A stretch of DNA of 63,907 nucleotides, the filler included, from Atractiella rhizophila (Eukaryota), in the NCBI GenBank assembly GCA_021432655.1. It is 3 parts of 3 records of this genome, joined end to end, with 100 filler letters (N's around TTAATTAATTAA, not from the genome) between each part and the next. Parts side by side here need not be neighbours in the genome. Positions count along the whole stretch, not along the records: positions 31,447 to 62,735 come from MU271697.1; positions 62,836 to 63,907 come from MU271807.1; 1 more part is not named here. The stretch is one strand, 5' to 3'. The notes beneath the pieces were generated by a model that was not told the origin of the DNA, searched no databases, and worked only from the letters and a program-made list of their open reading frames with translations. Shown piece after piece: positions 50,670 to 63,907 of the stretch. A program made the translations under genes and the position numbers. Every line of letters begins with the position of its first letter. Within the stretch, counting starts at the first letter, position 1.

Positions 50670-52687
50670 ATGTGGGAGGAAAAATCAGAGCGACCCTGCC
50701 TGTCCAAGGCAAAGACAGGAAATTGTCGTTTTGCTGACGGTTGCCGGAATGTCAAATCTCACGATTGGCCAGTTGATCGGCTGATCAGGGAAAGCTTCTG
50801 TCGATTCTTCTTGACTGGGGGATGTAGACATGGGACAACATGCATGTTCTTGCACGAAAAGCCGGAGTGGAAGGTGGAGAAAGTTTGGAGACGAGAGGTA
50901 AAGGAAGAGTGAGTCTCTTGTCTACTATCATAAATCGTGGCGTTAATTGTTCCAAGCCTGGGATGTCGTCAGGGACAACGGAATCTCAACGAAGGCGGAA
51001 CGCCGTATGAGCTATCCCCAACTGTACTCAAAAGTACTAATAGATAATAGAATCGACAGGACAAATAGAAAATACGATCCGCCCCATCGAAAGCGTCCTG
51101 ACAATCATGAAGAACATGACAGCACAAGAAGAAAATACAATCCGCCCTATCAAAAGTATCCTGACAGTCATGAAGAAGATGACAGCAACTCCACTTCCCC
51201 TCCGACCAGTGAATCTTCCAGCGGCATTTCCGACAGGTCTGGAAGGAAGAATGCTCCGCCGCCTCGAGATGGGTTCGATAGCGATGAAGAGATCAACCGG
51301 AACACCTCGTCGCCTTTCGCTGCATCGTCATCCTCTGGATATCGCACCCCAGAAATAGTTGATATCGAACAAACTGCAAGGCCGACTGAGCGATCCACTC
51401 AGTATTCATACGCTTTAAATGCTTCGTGAGTAGTGTCACCTCACCTTTCCTCGACCGCGCCAACCTTGAGGTGTTAGGTCTTCTACACAATACTCACCGA
51501 GTGGATACGCCAAACCGAAGCAGTGCGTTTCCACCCGAGAAGCCTCTTGAACTTGTCTCATGGTGTTTTGACAGAACGACGTCAGCCTCCAGCATCCGAG
51601 AGTTGCTCGAGAAAAACAACATCTCCGAGGCACAGGCGAAGCTTTCCACATTCGGCCTCTTCTCTGAAGCTCGAGAGACCACGAACGATCAACCATGCAT
51701 AATCAAAGCTAGGACCGGTAGCTGTCCCCTTGAGCGATTCTGCCCTTTCGCCGCGTCTCATGGATGGAATTTCCCAGACTTGCGCATTGCCTCCATCTGT
51801 ACGACGAAGTGCGATCGATCCGATTGTTCCCAATTGCATCTGAATATCGAAGAAGAGAGACTCGTATTCGAGACTTATGGCACGGATATGCAGCGCCGTA
51901 TATCCTCAGAGCTGAAAAACAAATACGAGGATAAGGCTGCGCAGGAGCGATCGGCGCGAGAAGCTGAAGTCTCTCAGTATCAGGCTCTGGTTATGGACCT
52001 CCGGAACAAAATAACAACGGAAAGGAACCAAGTTTCTGTGGAGGCGAAGGAGCAACTCTGTCACCTTAACGACGCAAAAGCTTTGCTGAGCGAGAGCAGG
52101 AAGGAGGTTGCGGAGCTAAAAGTTGCGTTGAAGGCGAAGGAGGAGGAAAGTGTTGGGTTTAAATCGAAAATACAGCAGATGAGAACGAATATGATGGAGA
52201 TCATATTCTTTTATATGAAAAAGCTGGACTATTACCAGGTGAGCCCTCGCCAACTGTGAAGGTTTTTAATACTGCCGAACTGATCGTCCTTCCAAGTTGC
52301 TGAATATTAAGCACACAGCCAACATATCAGAAATTAACACATCCTACAAGAAACGCTCGCTGCAGTGTATGTATTTCGTTGTCCATGCCACATGAGGCTA
52401 ACGCTTTTGCTGCAAGATCACCCTGATAAAGGAGGACGTGAGTATCTTCTATTCCACTGTCACTCGAAATGGAGTTGACATTTCTGACAGACGAAGGTAT
52501 TTTCAGACTGGTAAAGTTGTTCCTTGATTCCTCACTTTTGTCTAATGCTATAACCGAACAGATCCTTACCGCAAAAGAGGTATTGGGGGATGAAAAGAGT
52601 CGGGCGGTCTACGACAGTAAACTTCAACAGCATCACCTCTCCAACAGCACTCCGAGGAATCAGTGGGGGGACTGGTGGGAGCCTTGA
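50670..52687 (+). CDS. CCCH zinc-finger / coiled-coil / C-terminal DnaJ-domain protein
   Basis: CRFFLTGGCRHGTTCMFLH; spliced DYYQLLNIKHTANISEINTSYKKRSLQYHPDKGG..ILTAKEVLGDEKSRAVYD. Confidence 0.75.
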
Positions 52688-52889
52688 CGGTTGACGCTTC
52701 AAGGTACTACTATCTGACTGAAATTACTTGCCTCCGATATGGACGGTGAGATGAAATCGCTGAATTGCTGTTTATATAAATGCAAAATAATCATTTGTGA
52801 CAGACTTGACAGTAGTACTTGCAACGAGGGAGCCCCTCAAGTCCCCAATCGTCCCCCCAGCAGACTTGAACACCACCCAAAAATCGACG

Positions 52890-53529
52890 ATGTCTCTCCT
52901 TCGCTCTGCTCTGCGCACGAGCACCCACCTCCGCGCGCCTTCTCCCCTCATCGCACTACGCCTACAGCAAAGGCTAGCTAGCACAGGACCAGCCCGTCCA
53001 CCCCTCGCAGACCAATACCCACTCCCAGACCCAAACGTCGACCCCCAGCTACATGGATTAGGCTATCCCTTGTATCCCGCAGAGAGCAGGCAGAAGAGGA
53101 ACCCCTACGGCTGGGATGACATGGTGGAGCGTAGGAACTTTGGAGAACCCGTTCGTTTCTTTCTCAATCCACTTACGGGTTGCGTTGTTGGTCTATGCTC
53201 TATTCATTCTCGCTGCTGTCTGTAGATCCCAGAATCCGGCGAAGTGCTCTCTATTTGGGGCCCCGATCCTATAAAGGTCCCAGGCCCATACGCCGTGAAG
53301 GTCTTCGGCAGCTTCCTCCTGGTCCTCGCCGGCATCACAACTCTTATCATCTACACTGCGCCCGAACGTCCATATGCACCGAGAGAGTATGCGTATGGAG
53401 GGTTAGAGAAGGAATTCGGAGGGGACAAGTATCTGATGGTGAGTGTTTTCTCTTCTGTAATCTGTGATGAAGGGGAGGTAATGGTTGCGTGATTAGCCGC
53501 CTGCACTTAGCGAGGAGGAGGAGGAGTAA
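52890..53529 (+). CDS. NDUFB8: NADH:ubiquinone oxidoreductase subunit NDUFB8/ASHI
   Basis: Mitochondrial presequence; DPQL.G.GYP..QKRNPYGWDDMVERRNFGEP; single TM segment; PREYAYGGLEKEFGG. Confidence 0.88.
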
Positions 53530-54304
53530 TGCAATGTTTGAACAATAATTCCACAAGCTCATCGAGTGCTGCCTGCACTCTCTTGCATCTTTCTTCAAGA
53601 CTCGCTGCAACTGCGAATGTGTGGGGAATGAAATCCTCTCAAATGTGCTGTTGTCCATGATGTCTCTCATGGAGGCGATGATTCTTTTCTTCCTCGGTTG
53701 AGTTTACAGCCGTTTCGAACGTCCCAATGCGCTAGCAGCGCACAGGCATCTGGTATGATTTGTGCCTTTTGTGACTGAGTTTCGATTTAGATATTAAGTC
53801 TAAACACTGCACAAACTGTGTACTTCCTTGAGGCCGCACAATAGAGTGCTGGGTCGGGAAAGAGCCTCACCACCCTCCTCTGATATGGACTTGGGGTATG
53901 GATGGGGGCCGCAGTGAAGTACTAGACTTCTGAAGCCTGACGACTTTTGCGTGGGACAGGAAGATTGAGTTGCTTCGCTTTCTAAATCCTTGCCATGTTG
54001 TTCTTGATCGTGGGATGAAACACGAGCAGCAAGCATGAGTGGTTCAAGGAACGGAATCTTTTAAGGACAGACATATTATTACTCATTCCCATTTCCCACT
54101 GATAATGCCACCAGCATAAAATCCTTGAATAAAACAACAGGCGGACAAAATCAAGCAGAAACCATCAACGTATTTGAAGAAACATAATCCAATGTGACTT
54201 TCGTGCCACTGTTTTTGCTACTACTTATTACTTATGAAACTTGGTTGATTAAATATGTCCGGATTCCGAGAAGCAATAACCCTATAACCCTCATGAAGGT
54301 GCAG

Positions 54305-57034
54305 TTAAAGTTCCATATCCTCCATCCTCTCCCTTCGCTCCACCATTCCTCTCCCCTCTCTCGCCCTCCTCTGACTCCAACTCTCCGCTCTCGTCCTCTC
54401 TCCTCTTTCTCTCTCCCTCTCCCTCTCCCTCTCATGCTCCCCATAATCCTTATACCAAGGCACTTCCAAGCCAGTCTGGGGAAAGTATGTTTCCGCAGTA
54501 TGAGCCAACCGTCTGTAAGTGTGCATGATTTCCGTCCCCACTTGAATCGGGACAACTTCTAAAGGTGACGGGTGTCCAGCGGCGGGAGAATCTCTGTTGT
54601 CGAAAGGATTGGGAGGAGCGCGGGTGAGGGAGAGTCGTTTGGATCGGTCGTCGTGACGAGAGTGAGGAGGAGGGAGGATCCGAGAGAGTTCGTGTTCTTC
54701 CGGGGGAGAGTGCGGGTGAGGATGAACGGGTAGGTGCGCTTGAGACGGATGGGTGATCGCTCGTCGGCTTGTGGACGCGATGGGGGCATTATCTGGGTCT
54801 TAAAAATCAGGCGATTGCGTCAGGTTTAGGATGAGAGGACAAGGGAGGACAAACCATTCGTTCCTATGAAACCTCTTTGAGATTGTTTTCCTCCGGCAGC
54901 CACACTCGCACCGGCGGCTGGTGCTCTCCCATACTCTTCTCTCGTATATCCCTCCACAGGATATGCTTCCCTTCTCCCGCTCCTTCCTGCTCCATCCAAC
55001 CCGGCTCTACTCCTCCTCCTTTCCTTTCCTCTTCCGTCATACCCGTAAGATACCCCGGCCTGATTCGGGAGGGGATCAGCAGCATTGTAGCCCTCCTGCG
55101 TCCTTGACATCCTCCTTCTCTCCATCAGTGCCGCAGTCGAACCTTCCGGATATTGAGAGTGCGAGTGCAATTGTGATTCCACGACGGGATACGCTTCGCC
55201 TCCTCTAGCAGAAACTCGATAGGATCTGTCTTCTTGTATGGGGGGCAAGTACCGCCGCTCCACTCTGTCCCTGTCCCGTTCTCGATCACCATCCCGATGG
55301 TCCTGGTGGTAGTACGCCTCCTCCGTGATAGCACCTGTTGCGGAAGGAGGAAGGACAGGAGCGGATCTCCCTTGTGCTTCCCACATCTCTACCCTCTCTG
55401 CATATTCCGCGTCGTACAAATGCCCGCTGTATGCTCGTGGAACGGGTGCAGGGAGAGGTTCGGCGTAGCGGGGTTGCTGATGAGATTGGAGCTGCGATTG
55501 AAGCTGTCTCGGCAGAGGAAGCGAGGGCAGTGATGGAAGACTATGTCGATGTGCGGTCGTCTGCGGATGCGGATGGGAATAAGGGTATGAGATAGGATAA
55601 GCATCATCCGAGGGATTGCTGGGCCGTCCTCGCTCTTGATGTTGGTGTTGCAAAGGATGGAAGATCTCTGGCCTTCGTTCTCCCATGATGACTATCTCGT
55701 CTTCATCCTCCTCCTGTCTCTCCATACCCATCGCAACCCTCTCCAGTCCCTCCCTATTGACCCCCATAGCGTATCTCAACAGCTCCCTCGTCTCCGCTCG
55801 CACTCCCTCATACTCCTGGCTCGCCTCTTCCCCAGGCGGTATCTCGAGCACCTCCGTGCCCCTCTCTCCCACTCCCATCCCTCCTTCAGCCCTCCTCCGT
55901 ACCCCATAAAGTCTGCCGCCGATCCGAATCCAACCTTCCCTGGTCCTGGCGAAGGTGTAACGGGTTTGCGCGAGGTGACGCATCAGCACACCATTCATGG
56001 CTCTCACGCTCTCCAACTTCCCCTCCAGTCCGTGCACCACCTCCTCGTTCTCCCTCGTCGCCGTCGTAAGCGTCTCGGAAACGATGTCGCTCTGTCGACG
56101 CGCTTCCTCCAGAGCCGCTTGCAATTGGACGACGCGTGCTTCGGTGGACGAGAGCTGATAGGTCCCGGCGGGTGAGGGAGGAGCCCTGTAGAGCATCACG
56201 TATGAACACGAATGAGCGAAGAATAACTTGAATGGATAGGATGTGGAAGGAAGAAGGTTGGAGAACAAAGGGAACGGACCTTGAGATCTGCATTTGTGCA
56301 CGACCAGATCCGTTCGTATGGGATTGTGTATGGGGATGGTTCTGGTTGCCTTGCAAGCTTGTAGACTTGGATTGGGGAGGTGGATTATGCAATGGATGAA
56401 CTGGAGGAGGAGGAAGAGGATGCGACGAGGAGTGAAGGAGATCGGGACTGGAGAGCTGAATCGACGGAGGAGGATGAACTTTTGTTGGTGGTAGTGGGCC
56501 TGGTGCCGCTGGTTGAACTGTCTGTACGATATCCATCCTGTCATCGTCGTAATTTTCATCCAACGCCTTCCTTCCTGAGACCTTGGCAGACACTTGATTC
56601 GAACTGGTTACCACCTCGTCAACTTTCAAGTCAGCAACACGTTGGTCGAGCTTCATCTTCTTCCTTAGTGGTTCATCTCCTAAACTGCCTTCGTCTGATC
56701 TCGAATCATTCGAAAGAGAATCGAGCTGGTCCACCTCCTCCTCGCTCCTGCTTCCGCTTGCACCAACACGGTGTTGATGACTGACACCAGCTCCAGACTT
56801 GCGACCCTTCCTCTTCTCTCCAACCGCTTCAACGTTCCCGACTAGCCTCCCCCTCACTGCTGCACCGCTCTGAATTGTGCCTCTGCCCCTCCCAATCCCG
56901 CCTCCTGTTCCTCTGCCTCTCCTCGGCTTTGCAGATATATGCAGAACAGGTTTTTGTGCCTGAGACTGGGACAACGGAAGCTCATCAAAGTTGCCAGAAT
57001 AGAGCGTGGCGAGCTTATCAAGCTCGTCTGCCAT
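54305..57034 (-). CDS. Large low-complexity hypothetical protein with central coiled coil (3 exons)
   Basis: The ORFs join in phase through GT-AG introns at about 56280-56188 and 54871-54800; basic RGRG N-terminal region; (ER)n tail. Confidence 0.65.
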
Positions 57035-58848
57035 ATGAGACGGGGCTTTAATGGAGGGGAATGGACAGAAGAAAGGAAGGTGAGGCTTTTATGTAGTTTG
57101 TCGTTTGGGTGTGATTGATGTGAGCTTGATTAGCGTGATTTGCACTTGTTTGGCCGCAGCACTTTCGCGATCGAAGCTACCTTTTGAGTTCATTAAACGT
57201 TAAATGGTTGGACGTTTTCACATCGTTTATCTGTCACTCTTTACACCTTAAAATCCCACTAAAGTTCCAGACTATGTCTCCTCTGCTCCTCCAGAGAAAA
57301 GTACTCAACTGACAGTAACAGAGTCTCCAGTGACCAGTGAGCTCCTATTAAGCTTTGGTGAGGTTCATGGTCATCAGATCATCCAAGCACATCACAGCAA
57401 TGTCTGCGAATACTCAGTCAGAATGTATCCAATTTTCAATATTTGCAGGTGTTCCGGAGACCCCACTTGAGCTAGCTGTAGGGCAAAATCGCATCTTGGC
57501 TGTGGAAAGCATGGAGTACATCTGATCGAAGCCAGCTACCTTGAAGGGAAGGGAAGAGGACACAGATGCGAGCACAAGTCATCTGATCGAACGAAGTTAG
57601 CATCAGCTTCTGCTCTCCAATTCGACAATTCGACGGTGTGTTCAAGCCAATCCCACTCACCTGGACTTCACCTCCAGGACCATCTACTCCCCAACCTAAC
57701 AGGCTAAAGCAAAGAGCACGAGGGCCGATGTTGGCTGCTGCAGGAGTAATGCGAAATGGCAAAGAGCACGAAAAATTGTATATTGTCGACTGAAAGGGAT
57801 GATTACTCCTTCTTGTCGCTGAAGGAGCCTTACTTCTCTGTATTCTCAGTTGCTAACTGACAATGACGATACAAGGTTGTTAAACGACGATGAGGTTTGA
57901 ATGCTCCGATTTGAAATGCAAATCGAAGCTCAATATGACAAACTTCCATTTGAAACATTTCAACGCATATTTAATGACTTCGTGCACGAAGTGCTAGATT
58001 CTCTCATCCATTACGCCTGCTCAGAATGCACACTCAGGATCACCTGTCAACAAGAGCACCATGAAAAGAAGTCAGCCTTTGTTCTGGCAGTTTCTTGTCC
58101 AAAATGCGAGTCTTCCACGACACGAATGAGTAGGGACGTGGACCTCTAGAGTTTCCTATACAAGAAGCCCAGGTTGTTTACACATTGGCTACATGTAAGT
58201 CATTGGACGGCGTGATATGTTGTCTGCCTCCTCTTTTGACCTGTCAATGCACGAAGAGTTTGCGGAAGCAATTGTACCATTCCAGGTCTCAGCAAGGACG
58301 AGCTTCCATCTTTGAGTGCGCGGTTTTCAACGGTTAGGAAACATTAAACGTCCTCACAGGCGTGACCTAGACGTAACGCTAATTCCATCCATCATATAGA
58401 GCACCACAAGAGGCGTGAGCTTTGTATTGTCTAAAGACAACATTATTTCAACGCACCTACAAAGCTGGACCCTAATACTAAACCAGCTCTGCCCAATTTG
58501 ATTTTTTGTGCCTCAACCTGCCTCAACAACATGTAAACATCGAGAATATTAGAATCATTCGTGGAAAGAAATTTAGATAAAATGGAGTTCATTTATGTTT
58601 CCTTGGTTTTCACTCATTCGTCTCCTGCAACAGAAAGATGTCACGCTCACGAAAGCTCTTCGTTCGATATCCAAGTAATAATCCACCACTTCGTAGTTCT
58701 TTGCGTTGCACCAGTTTCTGACAGCCAGATCAATTTCACCTCCTTTGTATATGTCTGACTTGGTCGTTTGGACGAATTTGTGCAAGGCAACGACGACAAC
58801 CTTTCGCTTCCTTTTCTCAGAACATCTTTCACCAAAAATTTTGTGAAG

Positions 58849-60864
58849 ATGGTTGATCTGGCCCTACCTCAGCCAGGACCCTCATCCAAACGCCCACCTC
58901 CACAATCGCATACTCAGAATAGCCAGCAAAGTGCTCAGACTTCCCCAGCAAGGAAGAAGCGGAGGACTGGTCATGGGCACAGCAGAGTTGAAACGGAAAC
59001 AGTGGCTGGGGATGGAGACGGAGAATGGGAACCTGATCCGAATTCTGTTTCTGTCGCTGGACAGTTGTTTGGATTTCCATCTCATCCTGCTCACGGAGGT
59101 ATGTCCGTTGGCAACAGTGTGACTGGCACAGGACTGGGAATATCAGTTGACGAAGGAGGGATTGGGCATTTGAACGAGTTGCTCCATGCTCAGCAGAATG
59201 GGTTGTTGGGGAATATGGGCAACGTGGGAGGAGGTGGTGGTGGAGGGAGAGCAGCAAGTGTGGAGAGCAGGGATGTACAGACCCAACTGTTGCAGGTACT
59301 GAGGAGCTTTGGGGGTGGGAGTGGGGGATATGGAGCTGCCAATGTTGGGTCGTCCTCTTCGGGAGGAGTGGGAGGAGGGATATTAAGGAGCGGGAATGGA
59401 GACCTAGACGCAATCAGATTAGAAGTACGCATCTTCAGTCCACCATTTCTCATAGGAGAGGGTACACTGAGAGTTCTTCGGGGAGTAGGTAGGAAACCTA
59501 ACCTCGCGCATAACAGCACTGGAGACTTTTCGCTTTCAAATCACTACCGAGCTAGGACACATGAAGAGTTTGCTCTCCTCCATCTCCTCCCGTCTCGGTG
59601 GCTCTGTTTCCTCTCCATCGCAGCAACACCTCCATGACACGAGCCCGACGCAACAGATAACTCAGCTCCTGCAGGCTTTACCGCCGGAGATGATGGCGTC
59701 CATCAAACAAGCGATGGATGAGGCGGACGGATTGCATGAAGGGGTTGCGACGGGGATGGATGGCGTTGGAGCAGGGGAACAAGAAGAAGGGGAGGAAGAT
59801 ATCCCCATCGCCCCGGAATTGATCATGAACGCTCAACCCAATGTCGACTTCCTCCACTCCCACTCTGCGCCTCCTCAGTCACAACCTCTTCCGTCTGGGA
59901 ATACTAACACTTCCACAAACACCGCGGGGACAAAGAGGAAGCGGAACCTCATCATGCCCTCCAGCTCTACAACTGAAAAAACCAAAGGTCATCGACGACC
60001 CGAGCTCTCCAAAGCAGTGCGATCGACAATGTTCAGCATGTTAGGCTTTCAGAGCGGAAGATTTCACGGGTACTCTCCATCTCCTACCTTACCAGACTAC
60101 GATACGATTGAAAGGTATGATCCGACGACTGGAGAGAAGATCTGGCGGTGGGACTGGAGTAAAACGCTGCGTCAATCGCAGAACAACGCTTCTTTTGCCT
60201 CTGCGATCGCAAGACAAGTGTTATCCGACAATAGTTTGAAAGGAGAATGGCGCGATGTACCAGTTGGTGATTGGAAGTTCGTTGATGAGGCAGTGGAGAG
60301 TGCGTATACGAATTTGAGGCGGGAAAGGGACGCACAGACGGATCCCGAGAAAATGGAAAAGAAGAAAGAACATAGAAGGAGGAATAAGAAGAGGGGGTTG
60401 AAGGAAGAGAAAGTGAAAAGGAGACGAAAGAATTGGGAGGAAATGAAGAGGGAAGGGAAGGAGGGGAAGGTGCGGCCTGTTGGCATTGAGGAAGAGGATA
60501 TGGAGAGGGCGTTCGAGATCAAGTATATGTCTTCAGAAGTGAGTCCTTTCAAGCTCGAGTTTCCCTATACAGACGTCCACTGACGCTGTGTAATCTTTCA
60601 AAGGAGGAAGCTTCCGACTCCCTTCCACCTACCGCGCCACTCATCCATCGTGGCACTCAGGGCGAAAGAGACAAAACTTTCGTCGTCTCACGTCCACAAT
60701 GGCGCTCCAAGGCTCTGGCGAAGTTTTACACTGATTTGGACGAGTTTAAGACCCTTGAGAGGGCGTACACCCGGTTTGCTGGGGAGGACAGAAAGAGCCT
60801 GCCTCCGAAGGGGACGCCCCAATGGATGGTAGGAGAGGGATTTGCAGAGGAAGAAGAGGACTAA
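58849..60864 (+). CDS. Hypothetical, probably nuclear protein
   Basis: Long ORFs linked by short introns; NLS-like RKKRR and KRKR; basic coiled coil RRRNKKRGLKEEKVKRRR. Confidence 0.65.
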
Positions 60865-61094
60865 GCATCATGGGGAGCTGTTGTGTTTACATGTACACAC
60901 TTTGAGTGCCGTTAAAATCTGGATCGCTCACGTCTTGCATTGGTACCCTTCATGCTTTTCTTTCGTCTTCAAATGGTACATGGAAACGCTTCGATAGATT
61001 CAATTCATTGTCGGTGAATATCTGAATATTGACATGTTAGATGGCTTTCAAGTCGTCCGCACATGCCCTTCGTTTCGTGAGGTTGGAAAGAAAG

Positions 61095-62734
61095 TTACAC
61101 TCCCAATATCTCAGAGATGACGCTCTTGAAGATATTGTTAGGATCGAATTCCTGTCGGACAGCCTTAAACCTAGCCAGTCGTTCTGGATCTATGTTGTTC
61201 TTCGCTAACGCGTAGATATCACGGCTGTTCTTCGTCCAGTGTGGTCTGCAAGGGAACTCCTCGATGAGAGTCTGTGCAAGATCATGGTCTATAATCCCGT
61301 TTAGATAGGGAAAGACAAGAAAGAAACAGGAATAGAGCGCACAGAATGGTTCGTTGTACCTCACGCCGCTGTTTGGACGGTAGGATGGAAAGTCAAACAT
61401 GATGGTTCCTTTGGACCAGTCTGCCCCAAGGTAATCGGACTCATGAGTTTGTCCTATGAGGTCATTGAATGACCTACCCTTACGGCGTCAGCAAAGTGAG
61501 AAGAAAGATTTAAGAACTACTCACTTTCCGAATTTGATGTTGATACCACTCCGATATGTTGCAGCCATGAATTTTCCTTTAGCCGCCGACTCGTCAAACT
61601 TAGCTCGAACCCGCTTCAACATAGCGTTCGCCATCGTGACAGGAAAAGCAAGCTCAAGGGTATAGCCGTGCAGGCCCAATTCCCATTCTGCATCACGAGT
61701 ATCAGTACGCATATGGGAGGCAGTGGAGCAACATACCTGGTTTCTGATCTGGGTATAATCCGCCAATAAGGACAGGGTACGCATATCCATAAGTCGGCCA
61801 GGTGAGAAGAGCTTGCTGGGTATCGTTGTTGCGGAAGTTAGGGAAAGACCTGAGGCAAAATGAGGCACTTTCCGTCATTTTTAAAATATAGAACACTCAC
61901 CAGATACCGAAGAAGGTGGTTTCTGTCGCCAAATTCGCCAGCCCAATCACGCTTCCAGTTTCCAGAAGGCCCTTTGCCACTCCAGCTTCAAAGTCTGAGA
62001 GAGAGAAAGTGTTCTGGAGAGCATTCCCATCGTGGCTCGTCGCAACAACATCGTAGTATCTGTAATGAAACTTCTTGAGACCAGGCCACCTGCAAGCAAC
62101 TCAGTGATCTCTTTCACAAAGCCGAATGAAAGGTCGTACCACCAGAAATTAGCGGTAGGGTATGGAGAAATCAATCCATATACATCCCCATTGAGAACGG
62201 CGTCTTCGGAAAGGCTGCGTAAATGAGTGAGTCCTAATCAAGCTTGTCCAACAGGACGTACATCTTCTGGTTGGCATATACCTTGAAATCAGGCACAACA
62301 GCGAATTTGACGCGGACGATGGCTCCTAACACTCCCAGGCTGGTCACGGCGCCGAGCCACCGGTCGTCATTTTCGTCTTTCTCAATATGAACAAGCTCTC
62401 CCTTCCCATTGACGATATCAACCTGGATCATCTTCAATACTACACGCAATTTGCACCTCCTCCCAGAGACTCACAGCAAGTGCAGCAGCGCCTACAGAAG
62501 AATGTTCCTTCAATGAAGACCGGTGGGCACCCATAGCAAGAGCGCCAGCAATCCTGCAAACCATATGTCATTTTAGAGTCCTTTGAGGATCAAGAGCGAC
62601 TCACGTGATGTTCCAATTGACAAGAGCGAATGCGAGTGATGCATTCCTTTCATGCAACCAATTCGCGAGAGTTAGGAAAGTCACCCCTCCTTCAATCACA
62701 ACTGAGCCTTCGTCCATGTTCAGGTCGCTGATTC
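61095..62734 (-). CDS. FAD-linked aldonolactone oxidase-like protein (ALO/GulLO family), 5'-truncated by the gap
   Basis: VIEGGVTF; AGALAMGAHRSS; SLGVLGAIVRVKF; C-terminal CRPHWTKN..FDPNNIF. Confidence 0.85.
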
Positions 62735-62835
62735 CNNNNNNNNNNNNNNNNNNNNNNNNNNNNNNNNNNNNNNNNNNNNTTAATTAATTAANNNNNNNNN
62801 NNNNNNNNNNNNNNNNNNNNNNNNNNNNNNNNNNN
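62735..62835. other. Assembly gap with artificial six-frame-stop linker
   Basis: N-run / ttaattaattaa / N-run. Confidence 0.9.
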
Positions 62836-63907
62836 CACCTCTTTCTGACGCTGTCGCCCGCATCACCGTTGCCTCGCCCACGCGAAACCTCACTCCGTCC
62901 TATGAGGAAGCTGTCAATGGTCCAAATGCCTCTCGTTGGAAGGACGCTTTCGACGAGGAGAGAGGGTCATGGAAGAGAGAGAGGTTGGGGAGATGGGTCC
63001 GTTGCCTGAGGGGGAGAACGCAATTGGTTCGCGTTGGGTATTGAGGGAGAAGTTGGGTCCAGATGGAGAAACCATCCGTTTCCGTGCAAGGGTCGTTGCC
63101 CAAGGCTTCACGCAGCGCGAGGGCATCGACTATCAAGAAACCTTCTCCCCGGTCCTCTCCATGCCGTCGTTCCGCCTGATCCTGTCCATCGCTGCGAAGA
63201 ATAAGTGGCCTGTCCATATGGTCGACATTTCAGCTGCATATCTCTACGGGAAACTTGACAAACCTGTGTACCTTCGACCTCCTCCTGGCTGGGAAAATCC
63301 CGAACACCCAGACTGGGTCATTAAAGTCACGAAAGGAGTGTACGGTCTTCATCAGAGTGGTCGCATTTGGAACGGGGATGCGAATGAGAAGTTGAAGAGC
63401 ATGGGCTTCAAACAGTGCAAGTCAGAATCAACTATCTACACGAAGAGGGATGAGAAGACTGGTAGATACGTACTGGTGGCAGTTTATGTCGACGACTTCC
63501 TTATCGTTGCCGAAAACGACGAAGAAGCTGCGCCGGTCAAAGAAGAACTTAGAAGACATTACAAACTCAAAGATGAAGGCAGAGCTCACCATTTCCTTGG
63601 AATTCGCATTATCCAATCCAACGACGGAATCTCCATTGACCAAGAAGCCTACGTTGAGCGCCTGTTGGAGAAGTTTGGGATGGCAAACTGCAAGCCAGTT
63701 TCAACCCCGTTCGAACTTGGACAGAAGTTAGAACCAGCGACGGAGGAGGACAAAGAAGCTCACATCGACGAGCCGTGGACCGGTCGCTATCGAGAAGCTG
63801 TCGGCTCTCTGCTCTTCCTCATGGTCGCCACTCGACCGGACCTCGCTTTCGCCGTCACGCAAGTTGCTCAGTTCGCTGAGAAGCCTTCGTCGCAGCACTG
63901 GAAGGCC
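62836..63907 (+). mobile_element. Ty1/copia LTR retrotransposon pol fragment (reverse transcriptase, RVT_2)
   Basis: RARVVAQGFTQREGIDYQETFSPV, VDISAAYLYG, YGLHQSGRIW, VYVDDFLI, YREAVGSLLFL..TRPDLAFAV; open to the window end; 1-nt frameshift near 62962. Confidence 0.96.

Noticed and set aside
54826..57034. Two long overlapping same-strand ORFs as dual coding or programmed frameshift
   Set aside because: Explained by an ordinary GT-AG intron at about 56280-56188
57275..58800. Short ORFs, including one with two CxxC motifs (57901-58149)
   Set aside because: No coherent exon chain or recognisable family; at most a gene relic

Overview
This is eukaryotic, intron-rich fungal DNA, inferred to be basidiomycete. 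Introns are mostly 45-90 nt GT-AG, and exon models below were assembled by eye. The left arm holds conserved housekeeping genes: Raptor/KOG1, CCT2, NDUFA4-like, PEX11, NUF2, an LRR protein, PEX13 and VPS68. An accessory-looking block (about 17.9-29.2 kb) follows. It has three signal-peptide-bearing dienelactone-hydrolase-family paralogues that share a conserved upstream motif, a SET-domain gene with altered catalytic motifs, and two diverged non-coding tandem duplications. Further right are a group I G-alpha, a degenerate aspartic protease, two secreted proteins, eIF2B-gamma/PAM18, a tandem pair of unknown paralogues, a Zn2Cys6 transcription factor with a 1.4 kb intron, an IES2-like gene, a CCCH-zinc-finger/J-domain gene, NDUFB8, two hypothetical genes, a truncated FAD oxidase and a Ty1/copia reverse-transcriptase fragment. 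Two gaps carry an artificial TTAATTAATTAA linker, so adjacency across them is not reliable. No rRNA, tRNA or CRISPR array was recognised.
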